Shown here: in pieces, positions 7,429 through 15,101 of the stretch
Layout of the letters: each line of letters opens with the position of its first letter
Numbering within the stretch: the first letter of the stretch is position 1
NCBI GenBank assembly: GCA_029624815.1
Contig: JARSSH010000030.1
Coordinates: 677 to 24,676 of the forward strand
Source of the DNA: Candidatus Competibacter sp.
GTDB taxonomy: Bacteria; Pseudomonadota; Gammaproteobacteria; Competibacterales; Competibacteraceae
Reading direction: 5' to 3'
DNA length: 24,000 nt
Made by a program: the position numbers and the translations under genes
The notes under the pieces: generated by a model
Told to the model about the DNA's origin: nothing
Seen by the model: only the letters and a program-made list of their open reading frames with translations
Databases searched by the model: none

Positions 7429-8019
7429 GTGAAACGGGATCTGCTGAAACTGCTGCAAAGCCTGCTGCGCGGCGAATTGAGCCGCACCCGCCGCCGCAAT
7501 CGTTCGCCGTGGGCGATCGGCGGGCTGGTCGTCGCCATCGCCGCGATCAGTTATTTTCTGCACGAACCCAAGGCTCCGCCCTCGGCGATCCCGCGGGGAG
7601 CGGAACTGAACTGCGCCGTCAAATCGGTCTACGACGGCGACACGGTGACCGCCAGTTGCCGGGAGGGCGAGGTCAAGGTGCGGATGTTCGGCATCGACGC
7701 GCCGGAGATGGGTCAGGAACCGTGGGGCGCCCGATCGCGCGATGCGCTGCGCGGGCTGCTGCCGCGCCGCGACAACATCGTGCTGCGGGTACGGGACCAG
7801 GACCGCTACGGCCGCACGGTCGCCCAGGTATTCGCCGGCGGGTCCGATGTCGGTTTGGAGATGGTCCGGCAAGGCCGGGCGGTGGTGTACGAGCAATACA
7901 ACGACTCCGCCGCGTACCGGCAGGCCGAGGCCGAGGCCAAGCGGGATCGGCGCGGCATCTGGGAAAAAACCGGCAGCCAACAGGATCCGGCCGCCTGGCG
8001 GCGGTTGAATCCGCGTTGA
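7429..8019 (+). CDS. Staphylococcal-nuclease-like (thermonuclease family) protein with an N-terminal membrane anchor or signal
   Basis: Hydrophobic segment WAIGGLVVAIAAISYF, then the SNase core VKSVYDGDTV..VRMFGIDAPE..DRYGRTVAQV..GLEMVRQGRAVVYEQY. GTG start with AGAGG upstream. Confidence 0.75.
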   Translation: MKRDLLKLLQSLLRGELSRTRRRNRSPWAIGGLVVAIAAISYFLHEPKAPPSAIPRGAELNCAVKSVYDGDTVTASCREGEVKVRMFGIDAPEMGQEPWGARSRDALRGLLPRRDNIVLRVRDQDRYGRTVAQVFAGGSDVGLEMVRQGRAVVYEQYNDSAAYRQAEAEAKRDRRGIWEKTGSQQDPAAWRRLNPR

Positions 8020-8044
8020 ATCCAACCGTGAACGGCGGTTGGGC

Positions 8045-9193
8045 ATGACAACGTCCGTATCGGTTCCGCCCGCCGACCGCGATGTCGCCGCCGTCCGCCG
8101 CGAGCAGGACCGCTACCGCTGCGAGGGCCGCTGGACCCTGGCCGGCGTCGAGGACTTCGATATCCAATGGCTATCCAGTCCACCGCGATCCGGCGAATTG
8201 ACGCTGGACGGCTCCGGCATTCAGGCCATCGACACCACCGGCGCGCTGCAACTGCTCACTCTGCTTGCGGCGCTGGAACGGGACGGCCGCCAGGTACGAC
8301 TGGTTGGCTTGCACGAGGAACATCGGGAACTGGTGGAATTGGTGCGGGAGCGCCGCGCCGCCGCCGGCGAGCCGACGCCGCCACCGTCGCCGCCCGGCTG
8401 GCTGGAACGGCTGGGTCGAGGCGTCTGGCATCATCTCAGGCGGAGCGGCGATTTTCTGGCCTTCGTCGGCGAGGCGGCGCTGGCGCTGGGCTGGTTGCTG
8501 TGGCACCCCCGCCGCTTCCGCTGGCGGGCGCTGTTCGGCAACATCGAAACCGCCGGCGTGCACGCCCTGCCCATCGTCGCCCTGCTGGCCTTCATGATGG
8601 GCGTGGTCATCGCCTATCAGGGCGGCCGGCAACTGGAATTCTACGGCGCCAACATCTTCATCGTCGAACTGGTCTCGCTGACCATGCTGCGCGAGCTGGC
8701 GCCGCTGATCACCGCCATCATCGTCGCCGGCCGCACCGGCTCGTCCTATACCGCTCAGATCGGCACCATGCAGGTCACCGAGGAAGTGGACGCGCTGCGC
8801 ACCATCGGCATCCCGCCCATGAATCTGTTGGTGCTGCCCAAGCTGCTGGCCCTGGTGGTGGCCCTGCCGCTGCTGACGCTGTTCGCGGACGCGCTGAGCG
8901 TGTTCGGCGGCATGGTCATGGCCCAGACCATGCTGGATGTGAGTTACGGCGATTTTCTCGACCGCTTCCCGCAAGTGGTGACGCTGACCTCGTTCCTGAT
9001 CGGAATCGGCAAGGCGCCGGTGTTCGCCGCCATCATCGCCCTGGTGGGCTGCTACCAGGGCTTCCAGGTGCGCGGCGGCGCCGACAGCGTCGGCCGGCAA
9101 ACCACGGTCAGCGTGGTGCAATCCATTTTTCTGGTGATCGCCGCCGATGCGTTATTCTCGGTGGTGCTGGGCAGCGTTGGCTTATGGCGCTGA
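8045..9193 (+). CDS. MlaE-family ABC transporter permease with an N-terminal STAS/MlaB-like domain
   Basis: The first ~100 residues look STAS-like (LTLDGSGIQAIDTTGALQLLTLLAALERDGRQVRLVGL). The remainder is MlaE/DUF140-like (RELAPLITAIIVAGRTGSSYTAQIGTMQVTEEVDALRTIGI). The start could be ATG8045 or TTG8039. Confidence 0.85.
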   Translation: MTTSVSVPPADRDVAAVRREQDRYRCEGRWTLAGVEDFDIQWLSSPPRSGELTLDGSGIQAIDTTGALQLLTLLAALERDGRQVRLVGLHEEHRELVELVRERRAAAGEPTPPPSPPGWLERLGRGVWHHLRRSGDFLAFVGEAALALGWLLWHPRRFRWRALFGNIETAGVHALPIVALLAFMMGVVIAYQGGRQLEFYGANIFIVELVSLTMLRELAPLITAIIVAGRTGSSYTAQIGTMQVTEEVDALRTIGIPPMNLLVLPKLLALVVALPLLTLFADALSVFGGMVMAQTMLDVSYGDFLDRFPQVVTLTSFLIGIGKAPVFAAIIALVGCYQGFQVRGGADSVGRQTTVSVVQSIFLVIAADALFSVVLGSVGLWR

Positions 9194-9978
9194 GCGCGGT
9201 CCCGGTGGACCCGGTGATCCAAATCCGCGGCCTGCGCACGCGGTACGGCGCGACCGTCATTCATGACAACCTGGATCTCGATGTGTCCCAGGGCGAGATC
9301 GTGGCCCTGGTCGGCGGCAGCGGTTCCGGCAAGACCACCCTGGTGCGGGCGGTGATCATGCTCCTGAAACCAGCGGCGGGCTCCATCAGGCTGTTCGGAC
9401 AAGAAATCGTCGGCATCGGCACCGGCGCGGCGTTCCGGCTGCGCCGTCGCTTCGGCATGTTGTTCCAGCAGGGGGCGCTGTTCGGTTCGCTCACGGTGCG
9501 GGAGAATGTGGCGGTGCCGCTGCGCGAGCACACCCGGCTGCCGGCCCGGCGGATCGCGGAAATCGCCGATCTCAAGATCGCGCTGGCGGGGTTGCCGGCC
9601 GACGCCGGCAACAAGCTGCCGCGCGAACTGAGCGGCGGTATGCTCAAGCGCGCTTCCCTGGCGCGGGCGCTGGCCCTCGATCCGGCGCTGCTGTTCCTGG
9701 ATGAACCGACCTCCGGCCTCGATCCGGTCAGCGCCGGCGCCTTCGACGAGCTGGTGGCGCAGCTCAATGAATCATTGGGGCTGACGGTGGTGATGGTTAC
9801 TCACGACCTGGATTCGCTGTGGCACGCCAGCGACCGAGTGGCGTTTCTGGGCGAACAGCGGGTCATCGGTTACGCGCCGATGGCGGAGCTGGTGATGGCC
9901 GAACACCCCTTGATCCGGGCCTATTTCGAGGGGCCGCGCGGCCGCGCGGCGCGGGAGCAGGCATGTACAGCAAAGTGA
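9184..9978 (+). CDS. ABC transporter ATP-binding protein (MlaF-like)
   Basis: Walker A GGSGSGKTT, Q-loop FQQGALF, signature LSGGMLKR, Walker B LLFLDEPTSGLD, H-loop VTHD. Overlaps the permease by 10 nt. The 603-aa track ORF is an off-frame 5' extension. Confidence 0.9.
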   Translation: MALSAVPVDPVIQIRGLRTRYGATVIHDNLDLDVSQGEIVALVGGSGSGKTTLVRAVIMLLKPAAGSIRLFGQEIVGIGTGAAFRLRRRFGMLFQQGALFGSLTVRENVAVPLREHTRLPARRIAEIADLKIALAGLPADAGNKLPRELSGGMLKRASLARALALDPALLFLDEPTSGLDPVSAGAFDELVAQLNESLGLTVVMVTHDLDSLWHASDRVAFLGEQRVIGYAPMAELVMAEHPLIRAYFEGPRGRAAREQACTAK

Positions 9979-10949
9979 ATTACGCCCTGGTGGGCCTGTT
10001 CGTGGTCCTGTTGAGCGCGGCGGCGGTGGGCGTGGCGTTCTGGCTGACGATTGGAGTCCAGAACAAGACCTACGACCGCTATCGAGTCTATTTCCACGAA
10101 TCGGTGGCCGGCCTGAGCCTCAAGGCGGCGGTCCGCTACCGTGGCGTGCAAGTCGGGCAGGTGGAATCCATCCGGCTGGACCCCAGCAACCCCGATCAGG
10201 TGGATGTGGTGCTGGACATCGAGCGCGGCACGCCCATCCGACGCGGCACCATCGCGACCCTGTCCAAGCAGGGATTGACCGGAGTGGCGTCGGTGGAACT
10301 GAGTGGCGGCGGTCAGTCGCTGCCCCTGGAGAAGCAGCCGGGCCAGGGACTGCCGGTGATTCAGGCGGGGCCGTCGCTGGTGGCCCGCCTGGACGATGCC
10401 TTCAACAATATCATTACCAACATGGATAATCTGTCGCGGCGCCTCGAACGGCTGTTGGGTGAGGACAATCAGACCGCCCTGACCCAGACCTTGCAAAATC
10501 TCAGCACGATCACCGGCGCGGTGGCCGACCGCTCCGACCGCATCCGCCAGACCCTGGACCATGTGGAAGTCTTCGCCGGCGCGTTGGCGGGACGGGCGAC
10601 GCAGTTGGGCAAGGCGTTGGATCAACTGACGACGATGTTGCAGGGAAGCGGCGATTGGAGCACGCGGCTTCGGGCCACCCTGAGCGATTTTCGCGCGGGC
10701 GCCCAAGCGGTGCGTCGGACGGCCGACACCTTTGATCGGACCAGCCGGGATCTAAGCGGGCTGGCCGAGGTCGGGCAACGGGAATTGCGGCGCTTGGGTC
10801 AAAATACCGTGCCGGAATTCAATAGCCTGCTGGTGGAAGCCAACGAACTGGTGGCCGTCCTGCGGCGGTTGGCCGAGCTGCTGGAGCAAAACCCGCGCGC
10901 CCTGGTGGTGGGTAAACCCAGCGGCCGGCCGGGGCCCGGTGAGGAGTGA
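9963..10949 (+). CDS. MCE/MlaD-family substrate-binding protein
   Basis: N-terminal TM helix (ALVGLFVVLLSAAAVGVAFWL), then the MCE domain (YRVYFHESVAGLSLKAAVRYRGVQVGQVESIRL..VDVVLDI), followed by a long helical C-terminus. Overlaps the ATPase gene by 16 nt. Confidence 0.85.
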   Translation: MYSKVNYALVGLFVVLLSAAAVGVAFWLTIGVQNKTYDRYRVYFHESVAGLSLKAAVRYRGVQVGQVESIRLDPSNPDQVDVVLDIERGTPIRRGTIATLSKQGLTGVASVELSGGGQSLPLEKQPGQGLPVIQAGPSLVARLDDAFNNIITNMDNLSRRLERLLGEDNQTALTQTLQNLSTITGAVADRSDRIRQTLDHVEVFAGALAGRATQLGKALDQLTTMLQGSGDWSTRLRATLSDFRAGAQAVRRTADTFDRTSRDLSGLAEVGQRELRRLGQNTVPEFNSLLVEANELVAVLRRLAELLEQNPRALVVGKPSGRPGPGEE

Positions 10950-10999
10950 GGGCGCGGAGCGCGGGTTCACAGCGAATCAACGTTAAATAAGGACGGAAC

Positions 11000-11653
11000 G
11001 TGCGGAATCACAACGTGTTGTACCTCGAACGCGAACGCGAACGCGGGCGGCGCTGGGTCCGGATCGGCTGGGCGCTGCTGGCGGCGCTGGCGCTGAGCGG
11101 TTGTTTATTGCCACAGGACAAGTCGCCGCCGCGACAGGACTATTTGCTGGAGGCCGCGACCTTCGCGCCGCCGCCGGCCCGACGCGCCGCTAACAAGATC
11201 CTGCTGGTGGCGACGCCCAGAGCAGCGCCGGGATTCGATTCCGACCGGATCGCCTATCGCCGGGAGCCGCTGAAACTGGATTACTACAACGACAGCGGCT
11301 GGAGCGATACGCCGGCCAGGATGCTGTTGCCGATCCTGGTGCGGGCGTTCGAAGCCACTGGCGCGTTCAAGGCGGTGGTGTCGCCGCCGGCGCCGGGACT
11401 GACTGACTTCCGGGTCGATGTGGATGTGATCCGCTTGCAACAGGAATTCATGACCCAACCCAGCAAAGTACGGCTGAGCGCGCGCATCAAGGTGCTGGAC
11501 ATGAGAAGCGGGCAAGTGTTGGGAACCCAGGTGTTCGAGGCGGTGGAACCGGCGCCCAGCGAGGACGCCGACGGCGCGGTTCGGGCGGCCAACGCCGCCG
11601 TTGGCAAGGTATTGGGGGAAATGATTCCGTTTGCGCTGCAATACATGAGGTGA
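11000..11653 (+). CDS. ABC-type transport auxiliary lipoprotein (PqiC/YmbA, DUF330-like)
   Basis: Lipobox LALSGC after a basic/hydrophobic leader. Body resembles the DUF330 family (ILLVATPRAAPGFDSDRIAYRREPLKLDYYNDSGWSDTPARML). Fourth gene of the Mla/Mce-type operon. GTG11000 is preceded by AAGGA. Confidence 0.7.
   Translation: MRNHNVLYLERERERGRRWVRIGWALLAALALSGCLLPQDKSPPRQDYLLEAATFAPPPARRAANKILLVATPRAAPGFDSDRIAYRREPLKLDYYNDSGWSDTPARMLLPILVRAFEATGAFKAVVSPPAPGLTDFRVDVDVIRLQQEFMTQPSKVRLSARIKVLDMRSGQVLGTQVFEAVEPAPSEDADGAVRAANAAVGKVLGEMIPFALQYMR
11027..11044 (+). repeat. In-frame hexanucleotide tandem repeat (GAACGC)x3 encoding ERERER
   Basis: Read directly from the sequence. Lies in the pre-signal-peptide region of the lipoprotein gene. 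Confidence 0.9.
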
Positions 11654-11874
11654 CTGGCATAACGCCGTCCGCATGACTGTGGAGGTATTGTCGCGCGGCC
11701 TCTCGCACCTTGGGTAATTGCTCAACTTTCCTTGCCGTTTTCGTACAATCTCTCAATCCACCAACATCCACTGGAGACCCCCATGAATCTTGGCGGCATG
11801 ACCCGCGAACAGACCTGTGATTTTCCACATCCATCGCTTGAAGCGGTGCGCAACCGACCGATGGAGCGTGCGCC

Positions 11875-12111
11875 ATGATGTACTTCTCCGGAACCATCGC
11901 CGACGTGATCGAAGACGGCGCCAGCGCGACGCTGATTCTGGACACCGGCCGTATCAAGCATCATCTACACGCCGACTCGCGCCTGCTGGCCGAGGCGTTG
12001 ACCGCGCTCTATGGGGATGACTGCATCGGCAAGCCGGCCGCGGTCCAGTGCGATGGCTCGACGCTTACCAGTATCGAGATTCCCGGCGCGGCGCCGAACT
12101 ACACCATTTGA
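11875..12111 (+). CDS. Hypothetical small protein (78 aa), no family recognised
   Basis: Third-codon positions are strongly G/C, like the neighbouring real genes. Balanced amino-acid composition, unlike the Arg/Pro-rich shadow ORFs around it. Its ATG overlaps the stop of a 31-codon upstream ORF (ATGA). Confidence 0.45.
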   Translation: MMYFSGTIADVIEDGASATLILDTGRIKHHLHADSRLLAEALTALYGDDCIGKPAAVQCDGSTLTSIEIPGAAPNYTI

Positions 12112-12283
12112 TTTGGCCGAAGCCCACCAGCGGCATGCGAGCCGCGAACAATGCGAGCAAACCCTGCAACGTTTCATGGCGCCGCGCCATGCTGGTGAAG
12201 CGACTGGCGGGCGCCGGCCTTTGGAAAAAGCGGTAAAACGCCCTTGGCGGCGACCGCGATTCACCCGCAATCCCCGTTCACGA

Positions 12284-12327
12284 CGCGTATATATTAGTTT
12301 ATACTGATTTACTAAATATATCGCGCG
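12284..12327. promoter_or_regulatory. AT-rich imperfect palindromic island upstream of the TehA/SLAC1-like gene (probable promoter/operator)
   Basis: cgcgTATATATTAGTttatactgatttACTAAATATATcgcgcg is flanked by CGCG clamps, with TTAGT(12294-12298)/ACTAA(12311-12315) inner arms. It is the most AT-rich spot in the window, ~90 nt before ATG12412. Confidence 0.4.
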
Positions 12328-12411
12328 CCGTCAGATGTCGATCATCGCGATCCAACGGTGGGGCCTGGCGCCGTGAAATCCCTTTCAAACCCGATCGTTC
12401 GCGGACCGGCC

Positions 12412-13422
12412 ATGAACACTTCGACACCAACGCAATCCGCGCCTGCTCCCGCACCCGAGCAGGCGATTTCACCCTCGCGCCTCGAACATTTTCCCATTGC
12501 CTTTTTCTCGATAGTCATGGGCATGGCGGGTCTGACGCTCGCCTGGCAGAAAGCCCACATCGTGCTGGGCGCACCGTCGATGATCGGCGCGGGCCTACGC
12601 GGGGCGGTCAGCGTCTTGTTCGTCGTCCTGTTGGTTTTCCATGCCCTGAAAGCCCTGCGTTATCCGCGAGCGGTCGCCATGGAAATGCGCCACCCCGTTC
12701 GGATCAACTTTTTCCCGACCGTCTCGATCTCCCTGTTGCTGCTCGCCATCGCCTATTTGGAATCGGCGCCCGAGGCTGCATTCTGGCTGTGGGGCGTCGG
12801 CGCCATCCTGCATCTTGGCTTCACCCTGGCGATCTTTGGCAGTTGGCTGCACCACACCCACTACGATATCAAGCACGCCAATCCCGCCTGGTTCATTCCC
12901 GTGGTCGGCAACATTATCGTACCGGTGGCCGGAGTACGGTTGGCCTCGCCCGAACTGTCCTGGTTTTTCTTCAGCATCGGCCTGGTGTTCTGGATCGTGC
13001 TGTCGACCATCGTGTTGTACCGGCTGTTTTTCCACGAAGCGCTGCCGGCGCGGCTGGCGCCCACGCTGTTTATCCTGCTGGCGCCGCCGTCGGTGGGGTT
13101 CATCGCCTACACCAACCTGACCGGCGAGATCGACGCCTTCGCGCGCGTGTTGTATTACACCGCGTTGTTTCTGGCCCTGCTGCTGGCCAGCAACGCCGCG
13201 CGCTTCCTGCGACTGCCCTTTTTCCTTTCCTCCTGGGCCTACTCCTTCCCATTGGCCGCGCTGACGCTCGCCACTCTGCTCATGGCTACCCGCCTTGCCG
13301 ACCCGCCACTTTTCATGTCGCTGGGTTTCGCGTTGCTGGCGCTGCTCTCGCTGGTGGTCGCGGCGCTGACATGGCGAACCCTGCTTGCGATTGGGCAGCG
13401 GGAAATCTGCGTGCCGGAGTAA
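12412..13422 (+). CDS. TehA/SLAC1-family (TDT) anion channel / transporter
   Basis: About ten hydrophobic segments. The N-terminal motif LEHFPIAFFSIVMGMAGLTLAW resembles TehA (PAGYFGIVLGTIGMGFAW as I recall it). The start could be ATG12412 or GTG12358; neither has a clear SD. Confidence 0.8.
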   Translation: MNTSTPTQSAPAPAPEQAISPSRLEHFPIAFFSIVMGMAGLTLAWQKAHIVLGAPSMIGAGLRGAVSVLFVVLLVFHALKALRYPRAVAMEMRHPVRINFFPTVSISLLLLAIAYLESAPEAAFWLWGVGAILHLGFTLAIFGSWLHHTHYDIKHANPAWFIPVVGNIIVPVAGVRLASPELSWFFFSIGLVFWIVLSTIVLYRLFFHEALPARLAPTLFILLAPPSVGFIAYTNLTGEIDAFARVLYYTALFLALLLASNAARFLRLPFFLSSWAYSFPLAALTLATLLMATRLADPPLFMSLGFALLALLSLVVAALTWRTLLAIGQREICVPE

Positions 13423-13428
13423 GCGTCC

Positions 13429-13452
13429 ACGGCCGGGTCGGGGGCCGTTTTC
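13429..13452 (+). terminator. Candidate intrinsic terminator after the channel gene
   Basis: ACGGCC(13429-13434)/GGCCGT(13443-13448) stem with a G-rich loop, followed by TTTT (13448-13451), 7 nt after the stop codon. Confidence 0.45.
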
Positions 13453-13492
13453 GACTACACTCTTTTCCATCGAACCGGAAAGAGGGCTCCCC

Positions 13493-14362
13493 ATGCGTTG
13501 GCGTGACCTGAGGCGCAGCAGTAACGTGGAAGACCGGCGGGACGAGTCGCCATCCGTTCGGCGTGGCGGCGGCATCAAACTGGGTGGCGGCGGGTTGTTG
13601 CTGGTGCTGGTGGCGAGCCTGATATTCGGGGTCAATCCCACGGAAGTACTGAACCTGCTGGGCGGCGGATCGACGGCGACGGCGCCCCAGCGGAACCAGC
13701 AGCGCAAGGCGCCGCCCGCCAACGATTCGAACGCGGACTTTGTCGCCGCCGTCCTGGGCGACACCGAGGATACCTGGAGCCAGTTATTCCAGGCGCAAGG
13801 CGGCCAATACGCGCGACCGAAGCTGGTTCTGTTCCGCGACGCCGCGCAATCCGCCTGCGGTTTCGCCAGCGCCGCCGTCGGTCCCTTCTACTGTCCGGGC
13901 GATCGCCAGGTTTATCTCGATCTGTCTTTCTTCCAGGAACTGTCCCAGCGCTTTGGCGCGCCCGGCGATTTCGCCCGCGCCTACGTGATCGCTCACGAGA
14001 TCGGGCACCACGTCCAGAATCTGACCGGTATTTCCGCCAAGGCGCAGGCGCAACGGCGACAACTGCCCGAGGCACAGGCCAACGCGCTGTCGGTGCTGGT
14101 GGAATTGCAGGCGGATTGTCTGGCGGGCGTGTGGGGCCACTACGCACAGCGGCGGGGCGTGCTGGAACCGGGCGATATCGATGCGGCGATGAAAGCCGCT
14201 TCAGCTATCGGCGACGACCGGCTCCAGCGCCAGGCTCGTGGCTATGTCACGCCCGATTCCTTCACCCACGGTACTTCCGAGCAGCGAATGCGGTGGTTCA
14301 GCCGGGGACTGAAAACCGGCGATGTAAAGGAATGCAACACCTTCGTCGCGCAGCGTCCCTGA
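13493..14362 (+). CDS. ypfJ: YpfJ-family neutral zinc metallopeptidase (membrane-anchored)
   Basis: MRWRDLRRSSNVEDRR start, TM segment GLLLVLVASLIFGV, GPFYCPGD..YLDLSFF, and zinc motif AHEIGHHVQN. C-terminal FTHGTSEQRMRWF. Confidence 0.85.
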   Translation: MRWRDLRRSSNVEDRRDESPSVRRGGGIKLGGGGLLLVLVASLIFGVNPTEVLNLLGGGSTATAPQRNQQRKAPPANDSNADFVAAVLGDTEDTWSQLFQAQGGQYARPKLVLFRDAAQSACGFASAAVGPFYCPGDRQVYLDLSFFQELSQRFGAPGDFARAYVIAHEIGHHVQNLTGISAKAQAQRRQLPEAQANALSVLVELQADCLAGVWGHYAQRRGVLEPGDIDAAMKAASAIGDDRLQRQARGYVTPDSFTHGTSEQRMRWFSRGLKTGDVKECNTFVAQRP

Positions 14363-14378
14363 GCGGATCTTACCCGTC

Positions 14379-15089
14379 ATGGCCGCTCGCGTCCTGTTGG
14401 TCGAGGACGAACCCAGCATCGCCGAAATCGTCGAGTTCGCTCTTGCAAGCGAGGGATTCGGGGTCACTTGGCGCACGCTGGCCCGCGACGCCGAAGCCGT
14501 ACTGAGCGCCGATGCCCACGATCTGCTCATCCTCGACATCGGTTTGCCCGACGGATCGGGTCTGGAGTTGCTCAAGCGGATAAGACGCGATTCGGACATG
14601 CCGGTGCTGATCCTCTCCGCCCGCAACGCCGAACTGGATCGGGTGCTCGGGCTGGAACTGGGCGCGGACGATTACGTCGGCAAGCCGTTCAGCCCGCGCG
14701 AGCTGGCCGCCCGGGTCAAGGCCATCCTCAAGCGCAGCGCCCGAACCCGCGCCATCGCGGCGGAATCGGCCGCCAGCGAACCCGCCGACTCCAGCGGATT
14801 CGAAGTTGACGAGATGCGCGCCACGATTCGGTTTCGGAACCGTCCCCTGGATCTGACCCGCTATGAATACCTGATCCTCAAGACCCTGCTGAACCAGCCG
14901 GAACGAGTGTTTTCCCGAGCCCAACTGATGGACCGGGTTTGGCCCGATCCCGCCGCCAGCTTCGAGCGCAGCGTGGACACCCACATCAAGACGCTGCGGG
15001 CCAAGCTGCGCGAGATCGAACCGCGCTTCGATCCGATCCGCACCCATCGCGGTTTGGGGTATTCGATCCGAGTCATGGACCAATCCTGA
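14379..15089 (+). CDS. creB: OmpR-family response regulator CreB
   Basis: Receiver domain (LLVEDEPSIAE, ILDIGLPDGSG, ADDYVGKPFSPREL). Winged-helix tail RSVDTHIKTLRAKLREIEPRFDPIRTHRGLGYSIR closely follows E. coli CreB as I recall it. Followed by creC and creD. Confidence 0.85.
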   Translation: MAARVLLVEDEPSIAEIVEFALASEGFGVTWRTLARDAEAVLSADAHDLLILDIGLPDGSGLELLKRIRRDSDMPVLILSARNAELDRVLGLELGADDYVGKPFSPRELAARVKAILKRSARTRAIAAESAASEPADSSGFEVDEMRATIRFRNRPLDLTRYEYLILKTLLNQPERVFSRAQLMDRVWPDPAASFERSVDTHIKTLRAKLREIEPRFDPIRTHRGLGYSIRVMDQS

Positions 15090-15101
15090 AACCGCGCCGC
15101 C

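Noticed and set aside
6636-8167. ORFs 6636..8048 (+), 7384..8046 (-) and 7673..8167 (-)
   Set aside because: These are off-frame or antisense shadows over fghA and the SNase-like gene, with Arg/Pro/Gly-dominated low-complexity translations.
8167-9183. 5' two-thirds of the 603-aa plus-strand ORF 8167..9978
   Set aside because: It runs off-frame across the MlaE-like permease gene and is Arg/Gly/Ala-rich. Only the part from ATG9184 onward (the ABC ATPase) is a real gene.
12260-12281. TTCAC-N12-TTCAC as a second cre-tag upstream of the TehA-like gene
   Set aside because: The spacer is 12 nt rather than the 6 nt of the defined CreB site. I mention it only as a motif inside the orphan-region finding.
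11965-12307. ORFs 11965..12270 (-), 12011..12307 (+) and 12048..12236 (+) in the orphan region
   Set aside because: They are highly Arg-rich, overlap each other and the better-looking 78-codon ORF, and have no SD or start context.
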